Shown piece by piece: positions 1-10,483 of a DNA stretch of 64,000 nt. The position numbers and the translations under genes are program-made. Under the pieces are notes generated by a model that worked only from the letters and a program-made list of their open reading frames with translations, was not told where the DNA came from and searched no databases. The stretch covers positions 2,208,819 through 2,272,818 of the forward strand of contig OZ253466.1 of NCBI GenBank assembly GCA_965261605.1. Direction: 5' to 3'. The first letter of the stretch is position 1, and the number at the start of each line of letters is the position of its first letter. This stretch comes from Dehalococcoidia bacterium. Its GTDB lineage: Bacteria; Chloroflexota; Dehalococcoidia; Lucifugimonadales; UBA2985.

Positions 1-353
1 TTGTGGAAGACATTGGAAACAGAGAGGGTTGGGCCTATGGCCTCGTCTTTCGCATTAATCTGGTCCTTGAAGAGTTGGGTCTTAACATCATAGACTACGG
101 CCATGATGAGGGCGTCCATGAGTTCGACATTTGCCTGACCTCCGAAGAGGGTGCGATCACAATTGAGGTCGTAGACGACGGCAAGCCATTCGATCCTTTG
201 AATGACGCCCCACAGCCCGATTTGGCTTCGGATCTTGAGGACAGGCGCGTGGGTGGCCTTGGACTTCACTTAGTGCGCACTACCATGGACGATATGAGCT
301 ATCGGCGAGATCAAGGGAAAAACCATCTGACGCTGGTCGCCCGCAGGACGTAA
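1..353 (+). CDS. anti-sigma regulatory factor / RsbW-SpoIIAB-like serine protein kinase (HATPase_c_2); 5' end lies outside the window
   Basis: The ORF is open from the window edge. It carries a GHKL ATPase C-terminal signature (VVDDGKPFDP...RVGGLGLHLV). Confidence 0.55.
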   Translation, partial: VEDIGNREGWAYGLVFRINLVLEELGLNIIDYGHDEGVHEFDICLTSEEGAITIEVVDDGKPFDPLNDAPQPDLASDLEDRRVGGLGLHLVRTTMDDMSYRRDQGKNHLTLVARRT

Positions 354-1619
354 ATGAACCTGGCAAGGCGTCTGCCGGTGGCTCTTCTGATTCGGAGGGG
401 GGCGTGGGTAGCGCTTGCCCTGGCTATCTCTGTGATTCTGGGAGCCTGTCCGAGCTCCCCGGAAGTGACGGTGGTTGTCCCCACGGAAGTGGTTCCTACC
501 CCCACAGTTGAACTGTCTGACCCCGGAGTCATGGACGACCGCATTCTTTTCGGCCAGTCCGCCGCATTCACCGGCCCGGCCCAGGAGTTGGGTGTGGGCA
601 TGAGACTTGGCATTCAGGCCGCATTCGACGAGGTCAACCGGCAAGGTGGCGTCAATGGGCGTCGACTGGAGTTGATGTCCGTTGACGACGAGTACGAGCC
701 GGAAATGGCTATCGCCAACACCATCCACCTGATCAATGAGGAAGAGGTCTTTGCTCTAATTGGCGCTGTTGGCACGCCAACGTCCAGATCAGCTGTCCCG
801 ATTACCGAGGATTCAGGCGTTCCATATGTAGCGCCTTTTACGGGGGCCGATTTCCTGCGGGACGCGAAGCTGAACAGTGTAGTCAATCTGCGGGCTTCCT
901 ATTTCCAGGAGACTGCGGAGATGGTTTCACGCTTGATTGATGACCTTGGCATTGAAAGAATAGCCGTGCTGCACCAGGACGACTCCTTCGGACGCGCCGG
1001 GTACCTTGGAGTCAAGCTCGCACTGGACCGGCGCAGCATGGAGCCGGTGGCAATTGGGGTCTATCCACGCAACACAACGGCGGTAAAGGCGGCCTTACTG
1101 GACCTGCGCCGCGGAGACCCGGAAGCGGTTATCCTGGTAGGAGCTTACGAGCCGGTTGCGGCCCTGATCTCCTGGGCGCGCCAGATTGGCATGGACCCCG
1201 TATTTATGACCGTCTCCTTTGTGGGGACCAACGCGTTGGCTCAGGAGCTTGGCTCCAGCGGGGCCGGGGTCTATATCACTCAGGTGGTGCCCTCGCCTAT
1301 GGACGACACAATTCCCATAGTTGCTACCTATCGCAATGCTCTCTCCGTTTACGACCCGGTGGCTGTACCTGGCTTTGTATCGTTTGAGGGCTATCTGGCC
1401 GGCCGCCTGGCCATTGCCGGCTTGAAAGGGTGCGGCCGGGAAGTCGATAGAGCCTGCTTCCTGGAGAGTCTGCGGGGCGCGAATATAATTGACATTGATG
1501 GGTTCCAGCTCCGCTACGGGCGCGGCGATAACCAGGGATCGGACACCGTATTCCTGACAGTGATCGGGGAAGATGGCCTTGTTTACCCAGTCACTTCTTT
1601 GAGGGACGCGGAGCAATGA
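354..1619 (+). CDS. LivJ-like (Peripla_BP_6) solute-binding lipoprotein, probably the sensory partner of the adjacent kinase
   Basis: It has a signal peptide with a lipobox (SVILGAC) and a branched-chain-amino-acid-type binding-protein body. It abuts the upstream stop (TAA-ATG) and overlaps the downstream kinase by 4 nt. Confidence 0.75.
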   Translation: MNLARRLPVALLIRRGAWVALALAISVILGACPSSPEVTVVVPTEVVPTPTVELSDPGVMDDRILFGQSAAFTGPAQELGVGMRLGIQAAFDEVNRQGGVNGRRLELMSVDDEYEPEMAIANTIHLINEEEVFALIGAVGTPTSRSAVPITEDSGVPYVAPFTGADFLRDAKLNSVVNLRASYFQETAEMVSRLIDDLGIERIAVLHQDDSFGRAGYLGVKLALDRRSMEPVAIGVYPRNTTAVKAALLDLRRGDPEAVILVGAYEPVAALISWARQIGMDPVFMTVSFVGTNALAQELGSSGAGVYITQVVPSPMDDTIPIVATYRNALSVYDPVAVPGFVSFEGYLAGRLAIAGLKGCGREVDRACFLESLRGANIIDIDGFQLRYGRGDNQGSDTVFLTVIGEDGLVYPVTSLRDAEQ

Positions 1620-3814
1620 TTGGCAAACTGAAGAGCATAATCGGCCTGCGATTTCGCATCTCTACCCAGCTGTACTTAGTGATCGGGGGAGCGGTCGTGA
1701 TGACCGTGGCAGCAAGCCTTGTCGGCTGGTTCTCTTTCAACCAGGTTGGTGAGGTCCAGAGCAGAGTGAACGAGGGGAGCGTTCCGGAGTTGGAGGCGGC
1801 ATTCGGCATTGCTCAGCACAGCAACACCCTAGTGACCGCGGCCCCGCGGCTGACGTCCGCGGCAAATGCCAAGGACCTTGGTGAGGTTGCCGCTCTCATT
1901 GAAGGCGCCCATTCGGCGCTTGAGGGAGAGATAGACACTCTTGAGGAGAGGGGCACGGGAGATGCCGGTGTCCAACGGATACGCGAGCATGCCAACTCAC
2001 TGGTGATCAACATCCACAACGTAACTGACTCCATGGATGAAATCTTTATAGTAACTGAGCAGAGGGATGCCCTGAGAGACCAGCTTACGACCGTTAACAC
2101 CAGGCTGGACGCCACAGTGGTGCCGGCTGTGGACAACCAGTATTTCTATACGATGACGGGATACAGGAATCCGGGAGAGCCCCCGGCGATTCCGCAGTTC
2201 CATTTCACGGAAGATGAATTAAGCCTGTATCGTAGTCTTGCCGAAATTCAGGCCGACGCCAACGTCGCAACTCAGCTCCTGGTCAGCGTCTTCAGCCTCT
2301 CGGAAGCGCCTCTGATAGAGCCGCTGCGCGAGCGGTTTGAGGCGATCGCCGGCAGCATAGATAGAAGGGTGGACAGCCTTCAGGATAACCAGGTTCGCGC
2401 GGTGCTTATCCCTATCTTCACCTGGCTTTTTGATCTGGGCATGGGGGAGGAGAACGGGTTTGATCTGCGCGCCCGGGAGCTTGAGCTTCTCCAGAGTCAA
2501 CAGTCCCTCCTCGCGACAAACCGAAATATAGCTGTTGAGCTTGTGGACGAGGTGGATGGCCTTGTAAACGCAGCCCACCTAAATGTACAGGCGGCTACCG
2601 AAGCATCGACACAAGCAATTCTGACTGGGCGTACCCTGCTGCTTGCTATCACCGCGATAAGCGTAGCCGCAGCTATGCTCATATCCTGGCAATTTGTGTG
2701 GCGGGTCCTGTTGCGCCGTCTCGAAATGCTGTCAGACTGGATGCGTCGTATGGCCAGGGGAGATCTGGAGGCCCAGGTGGAGATTGGCGGGAGAGATGAA
2801 GTTGCTGATATGGCCGCGGCGCTGGAGGTGTTCCGTCAGCATGCTCTTGAAATACAGAGATTGAACCTGGTGGAACAGCTGGCTCAGGAGCTGCAAGGGA
2901 AGAACGAGGAACTGGAGAGTGTTCTGGCAGACTTGCAGAGGGCGCAGAACCAGATAGTCATGCGCGAGAAGCTGGCGGCCCTTGGTGAGCTCACCGCAGG
3001 AGTGGCCCATGAGATCAGGAACCCTCTGAATTTCGTCAACAACTTCTCTGAGGTCTCGGCAGAGCTTCTTCAGGAGTTGAATGAAATCCTTGAAGAGGGG
3101 GGGGGGACTCTGAACGAGGAGCAGAGGGGTCTCATCCAGGATATCTCCCAGGACCTGAGCAGCAATCTGGAGCGAATTCGCACCCACGGCTCCCGCGCCA
3201 ATCGCATTGTCCACGATATGCTTATGATGGGCCGCGGCTCAGGAGAGCACAGACCCACGGACATCAACGGTTTGGTAGACGAATACTCTAAGCTGGCCTA
3301 CCATAGCGCCAGAGCGACCAATACGGAGTTCCAGATTGACCTGCAACAGGACTTCGATCCAGATGTGGGGGAGCTGGACGTAATACCCCAGGACCTTGGC
3401 CGCGTATTCCTGAACATGGTGAGCAACTCCTGCCACGCCACCCATGAGAAGCGAATCGCCAGGGTGGAGGCGGGGAATGGTTCGGAAGTCTATTTCCCTA
3501 CCGTATGGCTCACCACGCGGCGCAAAGAAGAGCAGATAGAGGTACGTATCCGGGACAACGGCAGTGGGATACCGGACGACGTTATAGATAAGATATTCAA
3601 CCCCTTCTTCACCACCAAGCCCACCGACCAGGGGACGGGGCTTGGGCTTGCCATATCCAGCGATATTATCCGGCAGCACGGCGGCGCTATCAGGGCCACC
3701 TCGGAACCGGGTGAGTATACGGAGATGATCATAGATCTGCCACTGGTCATGGAGACGGCGGTAACGGAACAGGAGGCCGGCGAAGAAGTGGATGAGGAGC
3801 AAGATCAGGACTAG
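1616..3814 (+). CDS. sensor histidine kinase (periplasmic domain, HAMP, HisKA, HATPase_c)
   Basis: HAMP-like segment (RRMARGDLEAQVEIGGRDEVADMAAALEVF), H-box (AGVAHEIRNPLN), N-box (LNMVSNSCHA), G-boxes (DNGSGIP, GTGLGLAIS). Confidence 0.88.
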   Translation: MIGKLKSIIGLRFRISTQLYLVIGGAVVMTVAASLVGWFSFNQVGEVQSRVNEGSVPELEAAFGIAQHSNTLVTAAPRLTSAANAKDLGEVAALIEGAHSALEGEIDTLEERGTGDAGVQRIREHANSLVINIHNVTDSMDEIFIVTEQRDALRDQLTTVNTRLDATVVPAVDNQYFYTMTGYRNPGEPPAIPQFHFTEDELSLYRSLAEIQADANVATQLLVSVFSLSEAPLIEPLRERFEAIAGSIDRRVDSLQDNQVRAVLIPIFTWLFDLGMGEENGFDLRARELELLQSQQSLLATNRNIAVELVDEVDGLVNAAHLNVQAATEASTQAILTGRTLLLAITAISVAAAMLISWQFVWRVLLRRLEMLSDWMRRMARGDLEAQVEIGGRDEVADMAAALEVFRQHALEIQRLNLVEQLAQELQGKNEELESVLADLQRAQNQIVMREKLAALGELTAGVAHEIRNPLNFVNNFSEVSAELLQELNEILEEGGGTLNEEQRGLIQDISQDLSSNLERIRTHGSRANRIVHDMLMMGRGSGEHRPTDINGLVDEYSKLAYHSARATNTEFQIDLQQDFDPDVGELDVIPQDLGRVFLNMVSNSCHATHEKRIARVEAGNGSEVYFPTVWLTTRRKEEQIEVRIRDNGSGIPDDVIDKIFNPFFTTKPTDQGTGLGLAISSDIIRQHGGAIRATSEPGEYTEMIIDLPLVMETAVTEQEAGEEVDEEQDQD

Positions 3815-3948
3815 AGCCGTTCAGTGGAAAGATACGGAGCCCCAGAATAGACTGGGGTAGCAGTGCAAGAGGACGGAATATAGCCCACGCTTAGCCGAGA
3901 CCGCTGAGGGATTGGCGCTTGAATCAGTTCGGGAAACGCTGCGCCAAG

Positions 3949-4674
3949 CTAGCGTTCGGCTCGGAACTGACCGGTCAATCTGTGGAACGGTTCGTCGGGG
4001 TCTCTGGGCACTCTCGCCAATGTGATTGCTTCCGGCAGGACTATACCGCCTGAGAAGACGAGCTTCATTGCCGCCTCAACGCTGAGGTCCGTCTCAATAA
4101 TGTCGTCCTCCAACACAAAGGCCATGTTCCCGGAAGTTGGGTTGGGTACTGTGGGAATGTATACCACAACCATTGAATGGTTACTCTCGCGCGAGTGGAT
4201 GCGGCCGGTCACGAAGCCCATCGCAATCATACCTTCCCTGGGCCACTCCAGGAACACGACCCGGCTGAAGTTGTATTGCGACGTCATGGCTGTCGTAGCC
4301 TGCTTGGTGACGCCGAATATAGTCTTGATTATTGGAGTGCGCGCAAGAACAAAGCTCAATGCGTCCATCAGCCGGCGTCCCGTGGGGATGACGACTATGA
4401 GTCCCACAAGATAGAAGAGGAAGAAGAGTACGATTATCCCAATGCCGGTAAAGTCCCAGGGTTGTCCGGCCACAAAGGGGAGGGGCCGAATCAAGTTGTC
4501 TGCGTGGCCTACAAAAAAGAGGATGACGACAATTGTTGCAAGCAGGGGTAATAGGTGCAGCAGGCCCGCCATTGTCCTGCTCTGCATATGGCGATCGAAG
4601 CGGGCGAAGATGTTGGGACGCTTCTCCTGCTCCTGATTTGGTCGCGATTGATTTAGACTACCCAAAGAACACAC
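3949..4674 (-). CDS. DUF502-family membrane protein
   Basis: N-terminal TM helices and the DUF502-type motif VVVYIPTVPNPTSG. The start codon is uncertain; internal Met codons are possible. Confidence 0.6.
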   Translation of the reverse strand: MCSLGSLNQSRPNQEQEKRPNIFARFDRHMQSRTMAGLLHLLPLLATIVVILFFVGHADNLIRPLPFVAGQPWDFTGIGIIVLFFLFYLVGLIVVIPTGRRLMDALSFVLARTPIIKTIFGVTKQATTAMTSQYNFSRVVFLEWPREGMIAMGFVTGRIHSRESNHSMVVVYIPTVPNPTSGNMAFVLEDDIIETDLSVEAAMKLVFSGGIVLPEAITLARVPRDPDEPFHRLTGQFRAER

Positions 4675-4872
4675 TCCTACCCAAGTCCGCTCTGTGTCCG
4701 GCTGGGACGCTAGATCGTCGGTTGTCTTAAACTCTTCGCTTGGAGGCGAGATTCGACCTTCGAGCGCCAGCGGCGCGCGGATCTGACAACGCTAAGTACT
4801 CAAAGACTAGCTAAACCTATTGAGCGTGTCAATAGTGTGAAATATCACAGACTCTTTGTCTTCCCGCTTGTA

Positions 4873-6714
4873 CTAGATGTCAGTCCGGTACAGGTAGCGG
4901 GTGTCCCAAAGCCCGTACAGGGTGGGCGTCGTGTTGCCGAATATGTTGCGGGTTGCGGTCAGACGTTCGGAGAGCGTTGTGTAGATGACCGGCACGTTCT
5001 CCGCGGCGACCTCCTGGGCGCGGTGGTAGTATGCCACCCGCTTTTCGTGGTCAAGCTCCTGGCTGCCCTTGATATACAGGTTGTCTATTTCGGCTTCCCA
5101 TTCCGTTGCGGGCTCCGGCTGGTAGGGGTACCACAGGTGCAGGCCCTCGCTGCTGTGCCAGAAATTGATGCCGCTGTATGGGTCCGACCCCCCGGTGAAG
5201 CCTACGATCATGGCCTCCCAGTCGTACGATACGGTCAGACTGAAGACCAGTTCCCCGAACTCAACTTGCTTGTAGTCCACGTTCAAGCCGATATCCCTGG
5301 TTCCCTGGCTGATTATCTCACCGACCCTCTCGCGTACGCTGTTGCCCGTGTTGGTTATCAGCGTGAACTCTATCTCGTTGCCGTCGCCGTCCTCCCGTAC
5401 GCCGTCGCCGTTGGTGTCCGTCCAGCCGAGTCCGTCCAGGATTTCGTTGGCCTTGTCAAGATCGTACTCGTACTTCCGAACGCCCGGGTTGTGGAAATCA
5501 CCTGCGGCGGGGCTTATGGATGACCACTGAGGGTAGCCCTGACCGTGCTGGACGTCGTTGATGATGGCGTCTTTGTGAATGCTGTGGGCAACGGCCTGAC
5601 GGAACTGCGTGTTGCGGAACCACTCCAGCTTCTCCGGCGCCACGAAGGGTTGGCCGGGTCCCATCTCGCCGGGGTTCATGTTGAAGCCCAGGAAGGCAGT
5701 CCCGAAGGCGGGTCCGCGCCTGTGTATGGTGAAGTTTCCCTCCTCCTGTAGCGGCTCCAGCTGTGGGAGGTCCTCTCCCAGCACCCCGTAGGTGTCCGAC
5801 TCGCCTGCCAGGAATCTGGCAAGCTCGGCCTCGAAGTCCGGGACTATTATCTGGACCACTTCGTCCAGGTAGGGCAGGTTGTTGCCTTCATCGTCCTTGA
5901 GCCAGTAGTTGGGGTTACGCTGCAAGACCACCCGCTCGCCCGGGACGTAGCTTCCGATGGTGAACGGGCCAGCGCCTATGACCTGGGACGGGTCCGTATC
6001 GATATCCCAAGTGGATGTGAATGTGCCGTCGTCCACGTGCGCCTCCAAGACGTGCTTGGGATATATTGCTGTGCCCATGGAGCGGAGGAACGGGGCGAAG
6101 GGCATGGGCAACACGCATTCGACGGTGTAGTCGTCCAGCGCCGTGACGGTCATGGGCGATTCTTCCCATAGGCCGCTCGCCTCGTCCAGGAAGCGGAAGT
6201 GGAACGACGGACGGCTGCTGGCCGGTATGTCGTGGTTGTAGATGATGCGGTTGAATGTGAAGTCCACGTCGTGGGCGGTGAAGGGCTGTCCGTCGTGCCA
6301 GGTTGCGTCCCTGCGAATGTGAAATGTCCATGTCAGGCCGTCGTCCGAGCTCTCCCAAGACTCCGCCAGCGCCGGCTCCACCCGGTCGGTCAGCCACGAG
6401 GTCTCGGTCAACCCGTCAAAGAGATACCCCAGGACGCCGGACGAACCGGCGTCGGTGGATATGGCGAGGTTGAGGGTTAGAGGCTCGGAAATGGTGGCTA
6501 CGGTCAGGGCCCCGCCGCGCTTCCCAATGGTGTACTGAAACTCCTCGGCGTTCTTCCTGAGCCGCTCTACTACGTCGGGTTCAGAGGTTGGTGTGGGCTG
6601 CGAGTCAGGAGTGGCGCCGGTCTCGTCCGTGCAGGCCGCCAGCAGGAGCAGGGAACAGACCACGAGCAAGGCAAGGCTGTGCCGGAGCGTCATATTTCCA
6701 AAAATCCTATACAC
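4873..6714 (-). CDS. ABC transporter substrate-binding lipoprotein, family 5 (peptide/nickel/opine type)
   Basis: 613 aa, lipobox LLLAAC, and SBP_bac_5-like sequence throughout. No permease genes are adjacent. Confidence 0.85.
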   Translation of the reverse strand: MYRIFGNMTLRHSLALLVVCSLLLLAACTDETGATPDSQPTPTSEPDVVERLRKNAEEFQYTIGKRGGALTVATISEPLTLNLAISTDAGSSGVLGYLFDGLTETSWLTDRVEPALAESWESSDDGLTWTFHIRRDATWHDGQPFTAHDVDFTFNRIIYNHDIPASSRPSFHFRFLDEASGLWEESPMTVTALDDYTVECVLPMPFAPFLRSMGTAIYPKHVLEAHVDDGTFTSTWDIDTDPSQVIGAGPFTIGSYVPGERVVLQRNPNYWLKDDEGNNLPYLDEVVQIIVPDFEAELARFLAGESDTYGVLGEDLPQLEPLQEEGNFTIHRRGPAFGTAFLGFNMNPGEMGPGQPFVAPEKLEWFRNTQFRQAVAHSIHKDAIINDVQHGQGYPQWSSISPAAGDFHNPGVRKYEYDLDKANEILDGLGWTDTNGDGVREDGDGNEIEFTLITNTGNSVRERVGEIISQGTRDIGLNVDYKQVEFGELVFSLTVSYDWEAMIVGFTGGSDPYSGINFWHSSEGLHLWYPYQPEPATEWEAEIDNLYIKGSQELDHEKRVAYYHRAQEVAAENVPVIYTTLSERLTATRNIFGNTTPTLYGLWDTRYLYRTDI

Positions 6715-6774
6715 TACATTGTGATGTTAAGTATTGTTTGCGCTCGGTGTCAAGCATCGGAATACCGGCCTGAG

Positions 6775-8193
6775 CTAGTCCTCTTCGAAGTCCTCCGGCA
6801 TGAGCACGAACTCCGGGTATGCCTCCATGCCCAACTCGCCGACGTCCTGGCCCAGTTGCTCCACCTTGTGGGATACCCGGACGCCCAGCGTCCAGGCCAT
6901 CACGCGCCACAGCAGCCACGTAGTCCCGAACACGAATGCTCCCACCGAGACAACGCCCAGCAGCTGTATGTGGAACTGCCCGCCGGAGGTGAGGCAGACC
7001 GCCATAGTCCCCCAGATTCCGGCCATCAGGTGTGCGGGGATGGCGCCAACCACGTCGTCCAGTTTGACCTTCTCCAGTAGCTTCAGGCCGGCGGTGCAGA
7101 TGACCCCGCCGACGGCCCCTACAATGACGGCCCAGTAGTGCTCTGTAATGTCTGGTCCTGCGGTGATGGAGACAAGCCCGGCTATCGCCCCGTTCAGTCC
7201 TGCGAAGAGGTCCATGCGCCCCAGGATGGGCCGCGATACCAACAGCGCCGCCATGACGCCGGCGGCTGCCGCCAGATTGGTGTTGACCAGAACGTTGCTC
7301 ATTGCCACCGCGTCGGCAGCGCTCCCCAGCGCCAGCTGCGATCCGCCGTTGAAGCCGAACCAGCCAAACCAGAGGATGAAGACGCCCAGGGTTACCACAA
7401 GTACGTTTGATGGAGGCGTTGGCCTGACGCGGCCGTCGCTCCGGAACTTGCCAAGCCTGGGCCCCACGAGCATTACGCCTGCCAGGGCTGCCCATCCGCC
7501 CGTGCCGTGTACAATGGTTGAACCGGCGAAGTCCTTGAACCCCAGATCGTTGAGCCACCCGCCGCCCCACGTCCACGCGCCCACGACGGGGTAGATTATG
7601 GCGGTCAGGATCAGCGTGAATAGCAGGAAAGGCCATATCTTTATGCGCTCGGCAATGGCGCCGGACACCACTGAGGCAGCGGTAGCCACGAAGACCATCT
7701 GGAAGAACCAGTCCGACATTGTAGAATAGCCCTTCTCGATCACTCCGGCCACCGCCTCGGCCTGTCCGCCCACCAGGGCTATCTCATCCACCGTCGGACC
7801 GTACATAAACCTGAAGGAGCCAATCACCTTGTCAACGTCTACATACATCAGGTTGTAGCCGATGAAGAAGTATGCCAGGCCGGCAATGGAGTAGAGACCA
7901 ATGTTCTTCAGGCAGATCATGGAGGCGTTCTTGGTGCGCACTGAGCCGGACTCCAGCATGGTGAATCCGGCGCACATCCACATGACCAGCGCGCCCCAGA
8001 CCAGGAACGCGAAAGTGTTGAAGATGAACTGCGTCTCCTCGTCAACCCCCTGAGCTTGGGCGATGTACGGCCGCGCCAGAAAGAACCCAATCGCCGGAAG
8101 CGCCATACCCACCGTCACCGCCACGCGTCTGCGATTCGCAAGTACGTTCACTGGCTCCTCCTCCGGTCGCTGGTCCGTCAGGCTGCGAGACAC
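6775..8193 (-). CDS. amt: ammonium transporter (Amt/MEP family)
   Basis: Polytopic membrane protein with Amt signatures AGFTMLESGSVRTKNA, DFAGSTIVHGTGGWAAL and AIPAHLMAGIWG. No glnK is adjacent. Confidence 0.92.
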   Translation of the reverse strand: MSRSLTDQRPEEEPVNVLANRRRVAVTVGMALPAIGFFLARPYIAQAQGVDEETQFIFNTFAFLVWGALVMWMCAGFTMLESGSVRTKNASMICLKNIGLYSIAGLAYFFIGYNLMYVDVDKVIGSFRFMYGPTVDEIALVGGQAEAVAGVIEKGYSTMSDWFFQMVFVATAASVVSGAIAERIKIWPFLLFTLILTAIIYPVVGAWTWGGGWLNDLGFKDFAGSTIVHGTGGWAALAGVMLVGPRLGKFRSDGRVRPTPPSNVLVVTLGVFILWFGWFGFNGGSQLALGSAADAVAMSNVLVNTNLAAAAGVMAALLVSRPILGRMDLFAGLNGAIAGLVSITAGPDITEHYWAVIVGAVGGVICTAGLKLLEKVKLDDVVGAIPAHLMAGIWGTMAVCLTSGGQFHIQLLGVVSVGAFVFGTTWLLWRVMAWTLGVRVSHKVEQLGQDVGELGMEAYPEFVLMPEDFEED

Positions 8194-8314
8194 CTCTTAA
8201 TGCCCCTCATATTACACCACCATCAGGTACTCTACTAGCCGAGGTGGTAGGGCCGCCCCCAGCGAATCGCTATAACCAAATGGGAGTGGTTAGGGGAGTT
8301 GATGCCGCGGGAGT

Positions 8315-8890
8315 CTAGCCTCCGCCTGACGCCGGAAATGGGTCGCCCTCGCTAACGAAGGCCTGAGACTCACTTATCGAGAGGCCGCTGCGGCTGGTCT
8401 TGCCGCTCCAGAGGCTCTTGACGTACGTGAGCACCTCTATTATCTCTTCATGGCTTAGATTGTCGCCAAACGCGGGCATACCACTCTTGAAGTCCGGCAC
8501 GCCCGGGCCCTCCTGTATCCTTCCACCCTGGCTAACTACCCTGTACAGGAAACCGTCCGGGTGGTGCCAGGTGTGACCTTCGCCGTTTAGGGGCGGCGCA
8601 GGAAGCGTGCCGTCCTCCTTGGGAATATGCCAGTTGGGTTGGCCCTGACCGGTGTCCCCGTGGCAGGCGGCGCAGGTGGAAGTGAAGGTCTCCTGGCCTG
8701 TTCTCGAAGTCGGGGTAGGGGAGACCCGGCTGTCTGGAGTGGCGTCGCTAGCGCCGGGAGAAGATGAGCAGGCGATAGACGCCGCGACGGCGAGCAGGGC
8801 TACTACGAAAGCCGCAGCGCACCAGCCGGTCTTTGCCACGACGGCCCGCAAACGAGCTACTTCCGAATAGGCTCCCTCATTGTCCATCAC
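8315..8890 (-). CDS. membrane-anchored mono-haem c-type cytochrome
   Basis: Single CxxCH motif (TCAACHGD), an N-terminal TM segment, and a distal GMPAFG region typical of class I cytochrome c. Confidence 0.75.
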   Translation of the reverse strand: MMDNEGAYSEVARLRAVVAKTGWCAAAFVVALLAVAASIACSSSPGASDATPDSRVSPTPTSRTGQETFTSTCAACHGDTGQGQPNWHIPKEDGTLPAPPLNGEGHTWHHPDGFLYRVVSQGGRIQEGPGVPDFKSGMPAFGDNLSHEEIIEVLTYVKSLWSGKTSRSGLSISESQAFVSEGDPFPASGGG

Positions 8891-9194
8891 GTTACACGCT
8901 TCCTCCGAATGACATTGGAGGTGGGCAGGATACGGCTTTTCTCACTGGATAAACCACGTCATTTGAGCTGGGTCGGTTGCTCCTGTTCGCGCAGCTTGCC
9001 ATGGGTCGTATTCTAAACCCTGAAGCGCCAGTGTTCCAGTGGGACGCAGTAGTTGTGGTGTGTGTAGCCTGTACGTCAAGACCCAGCCGGCGTGAACGGC
9101 CTGTGCCCCCCTACGGACGTTGATGGACGTAACTGGATACCCTATAATAAAAGTGTATCGAGAGTTGTAAGTAAATGATGAGAGAGGTAGCGCT

Positions 9195-9845
9195 ATGCTG
9201 AGATTCACCGAGGAAATCACCCTGCTTCTGCTTGACGACGATGGCAGATTCGCGCGTGTGCCGAACTGGTCGCTCAACTACGCCCTCGCGGGAGGCGTGC
9301 TGATGGACCTCGCGCTAGAGTACCGCATAGACACCGATCTTGAAAAGCTCATCCTGATCGACTCTTCGCCACTGGGTGACAATTTGCTGGACGCTGTGCT
9401 GGCGGATATCGCAGCCGGCGAGGAAGTGCAGGACGCCCGCTACTGGGTAGAGCGCACGGCTGCTCGAGGCGAGGCCATACTTGAAGAATCTCTCTCGCGG
9501 CTGGTCAAACACGGGATTCTGGAATCCAGGGACGACCGCTTCATGTGGGTGTTCCGCTCCAGGCGTTACCCGGCCATTGACGGGAAGGTGGAGCGGGAGG
9601 TGAAGCTGCGTATCATGGAGGTGCTGTTCAGCGACGAGGTGCCGGATCCCCGCGACATCGTGATTATCGCACTGGCTCACGCATGCGGAATCTTCACTGA
9701 ACTGCTGTCAAGCAAGGAGTTGGAGACCGCGGCCCCGCGCATAGAGCAGGTGCGCAGGCTTGACCTCATCGGCCAGGCCATGACCAAGGCGATACGCGAC
9801 ATTGAGATGTCGATAGCTACTTCTCTGCACCCGCAGATGTACTAA
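9195..9845 (+). CDS. GPP34 (GOLPH3-like) family protein
   Basis: The N-terminus (LRFTEEITLLLLDDDGRF...NYALAGGVLMDLAL) matches the bacterial GPP34 pattern as I remember it. Confidence 0.55.
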   Translation: MLRFTEEITLLLLDDDGRFARVPNWSLNYALAGGVLMDLALEYRIDTDLEKLILIDSSPLGDNLLDAVLADIAAGEEVQDARYWVERTAARGEAILEESLSRLVKHGILESRDDRFMWVFRSRRYPAIDGKVEREVKLRIMEVLFSDEVPDPRDIVIIALAHACGIFTELLSSKELETAAPRIEQVRRLDLIGQAMTKAIRDIEMSIATSLHPQMY

Positions 9846-9849
9846 AGAC

Positions 9850-9885
9850 GCCCGGGGCCGCGCTCTCATATGCGCGGCCCCGGGC
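9850..9885 (+). terminator. GC-rich hairpin after the GPP34 gene
   Basis: Perfect 14-bp stem GCCCGGGGCCGCGC / GCGCGGCCCCGGGC with an 8-nt loop. No U-tract follows. Confidence 0.45.
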
Positions 9886-10034
9886 CAGTTCAGCGCTTCA
9901 TCGGATTTTACGCGCCTGCCACTCTCCTTTTTGTCTTCTTAGGTCAAGCGCATCCTTCTCGTGCTTGTGTATCCTAACCATAGAAAGTTGTTCCGCATCC
10001 AACTTTAACCGCCGGCGGAAAACTAAGGAGACTT

Positions 10035-10466
10035 ATGATTGCACTGAAGAGAGTGGTCGGAGTCTACATGGTTCTTGCGGCTGTGGCTGTAGCGGTCTTC
10101 TTCATTATCAACGCGTTCTTCCTGGATTCCATCGATGTGCCGGGTGTATGGAACGTCCTGGACGTATTGATGTTGGTGGGACTGGCGCTGGCGCTGATCT
10201 TCAACTACGCCAACAAGCGTGAGGAGAGTGAAAGCGACCTGGACGGGTCCGTTACCCGCCGGTATCTGGATGCCACGGCGCTCTTCTACCTGACCGCTGC
10301 GGTTACCATCCTGTTTTTGCACAACTGGCTTTCGCTGCTGGCCCTTGGCGGGGACAGCCTGGATGGCAATCACCAGGCTTGGGTCATCTGGGCGATTGTC
10401 GATACGCTGGTTCCCATCACATTGGGCGTCACAGGATGCCGTCTCTGGTGCGAAGCGGACCGATAA
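10035..10466 (+). CDS. small integral membrane protein, function unknown
   Basis: 143 aa with about four hydrophobic segments. An SD-like AAGGAG lies upstream of the ATG. Confidence 0.5.
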   Translation: MIALKRVVGVYMVLAAVAVAVFFIINAFFLDSIDVPGVWNVLDVLMLVGLALALIFNYANKREESESDLDGSVTRRYLDATALFYLTAAVTILFLHNWLSLLALGGDSLDGNHQAWVIWAIVDTLVPITLGVTGCRLWCEADR

Positions 10467-10483
10467 AGACCCGTAGGAGTTAG

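Noticed and set aside
5915-7636. Arg/Gly-rich ORFs (5915-6397 and 6707-7636).
   Set aside because: They are alternative frames of the family-5 binding protein and amt genes. Their composition is typical of off-frame GC-rich sequence.
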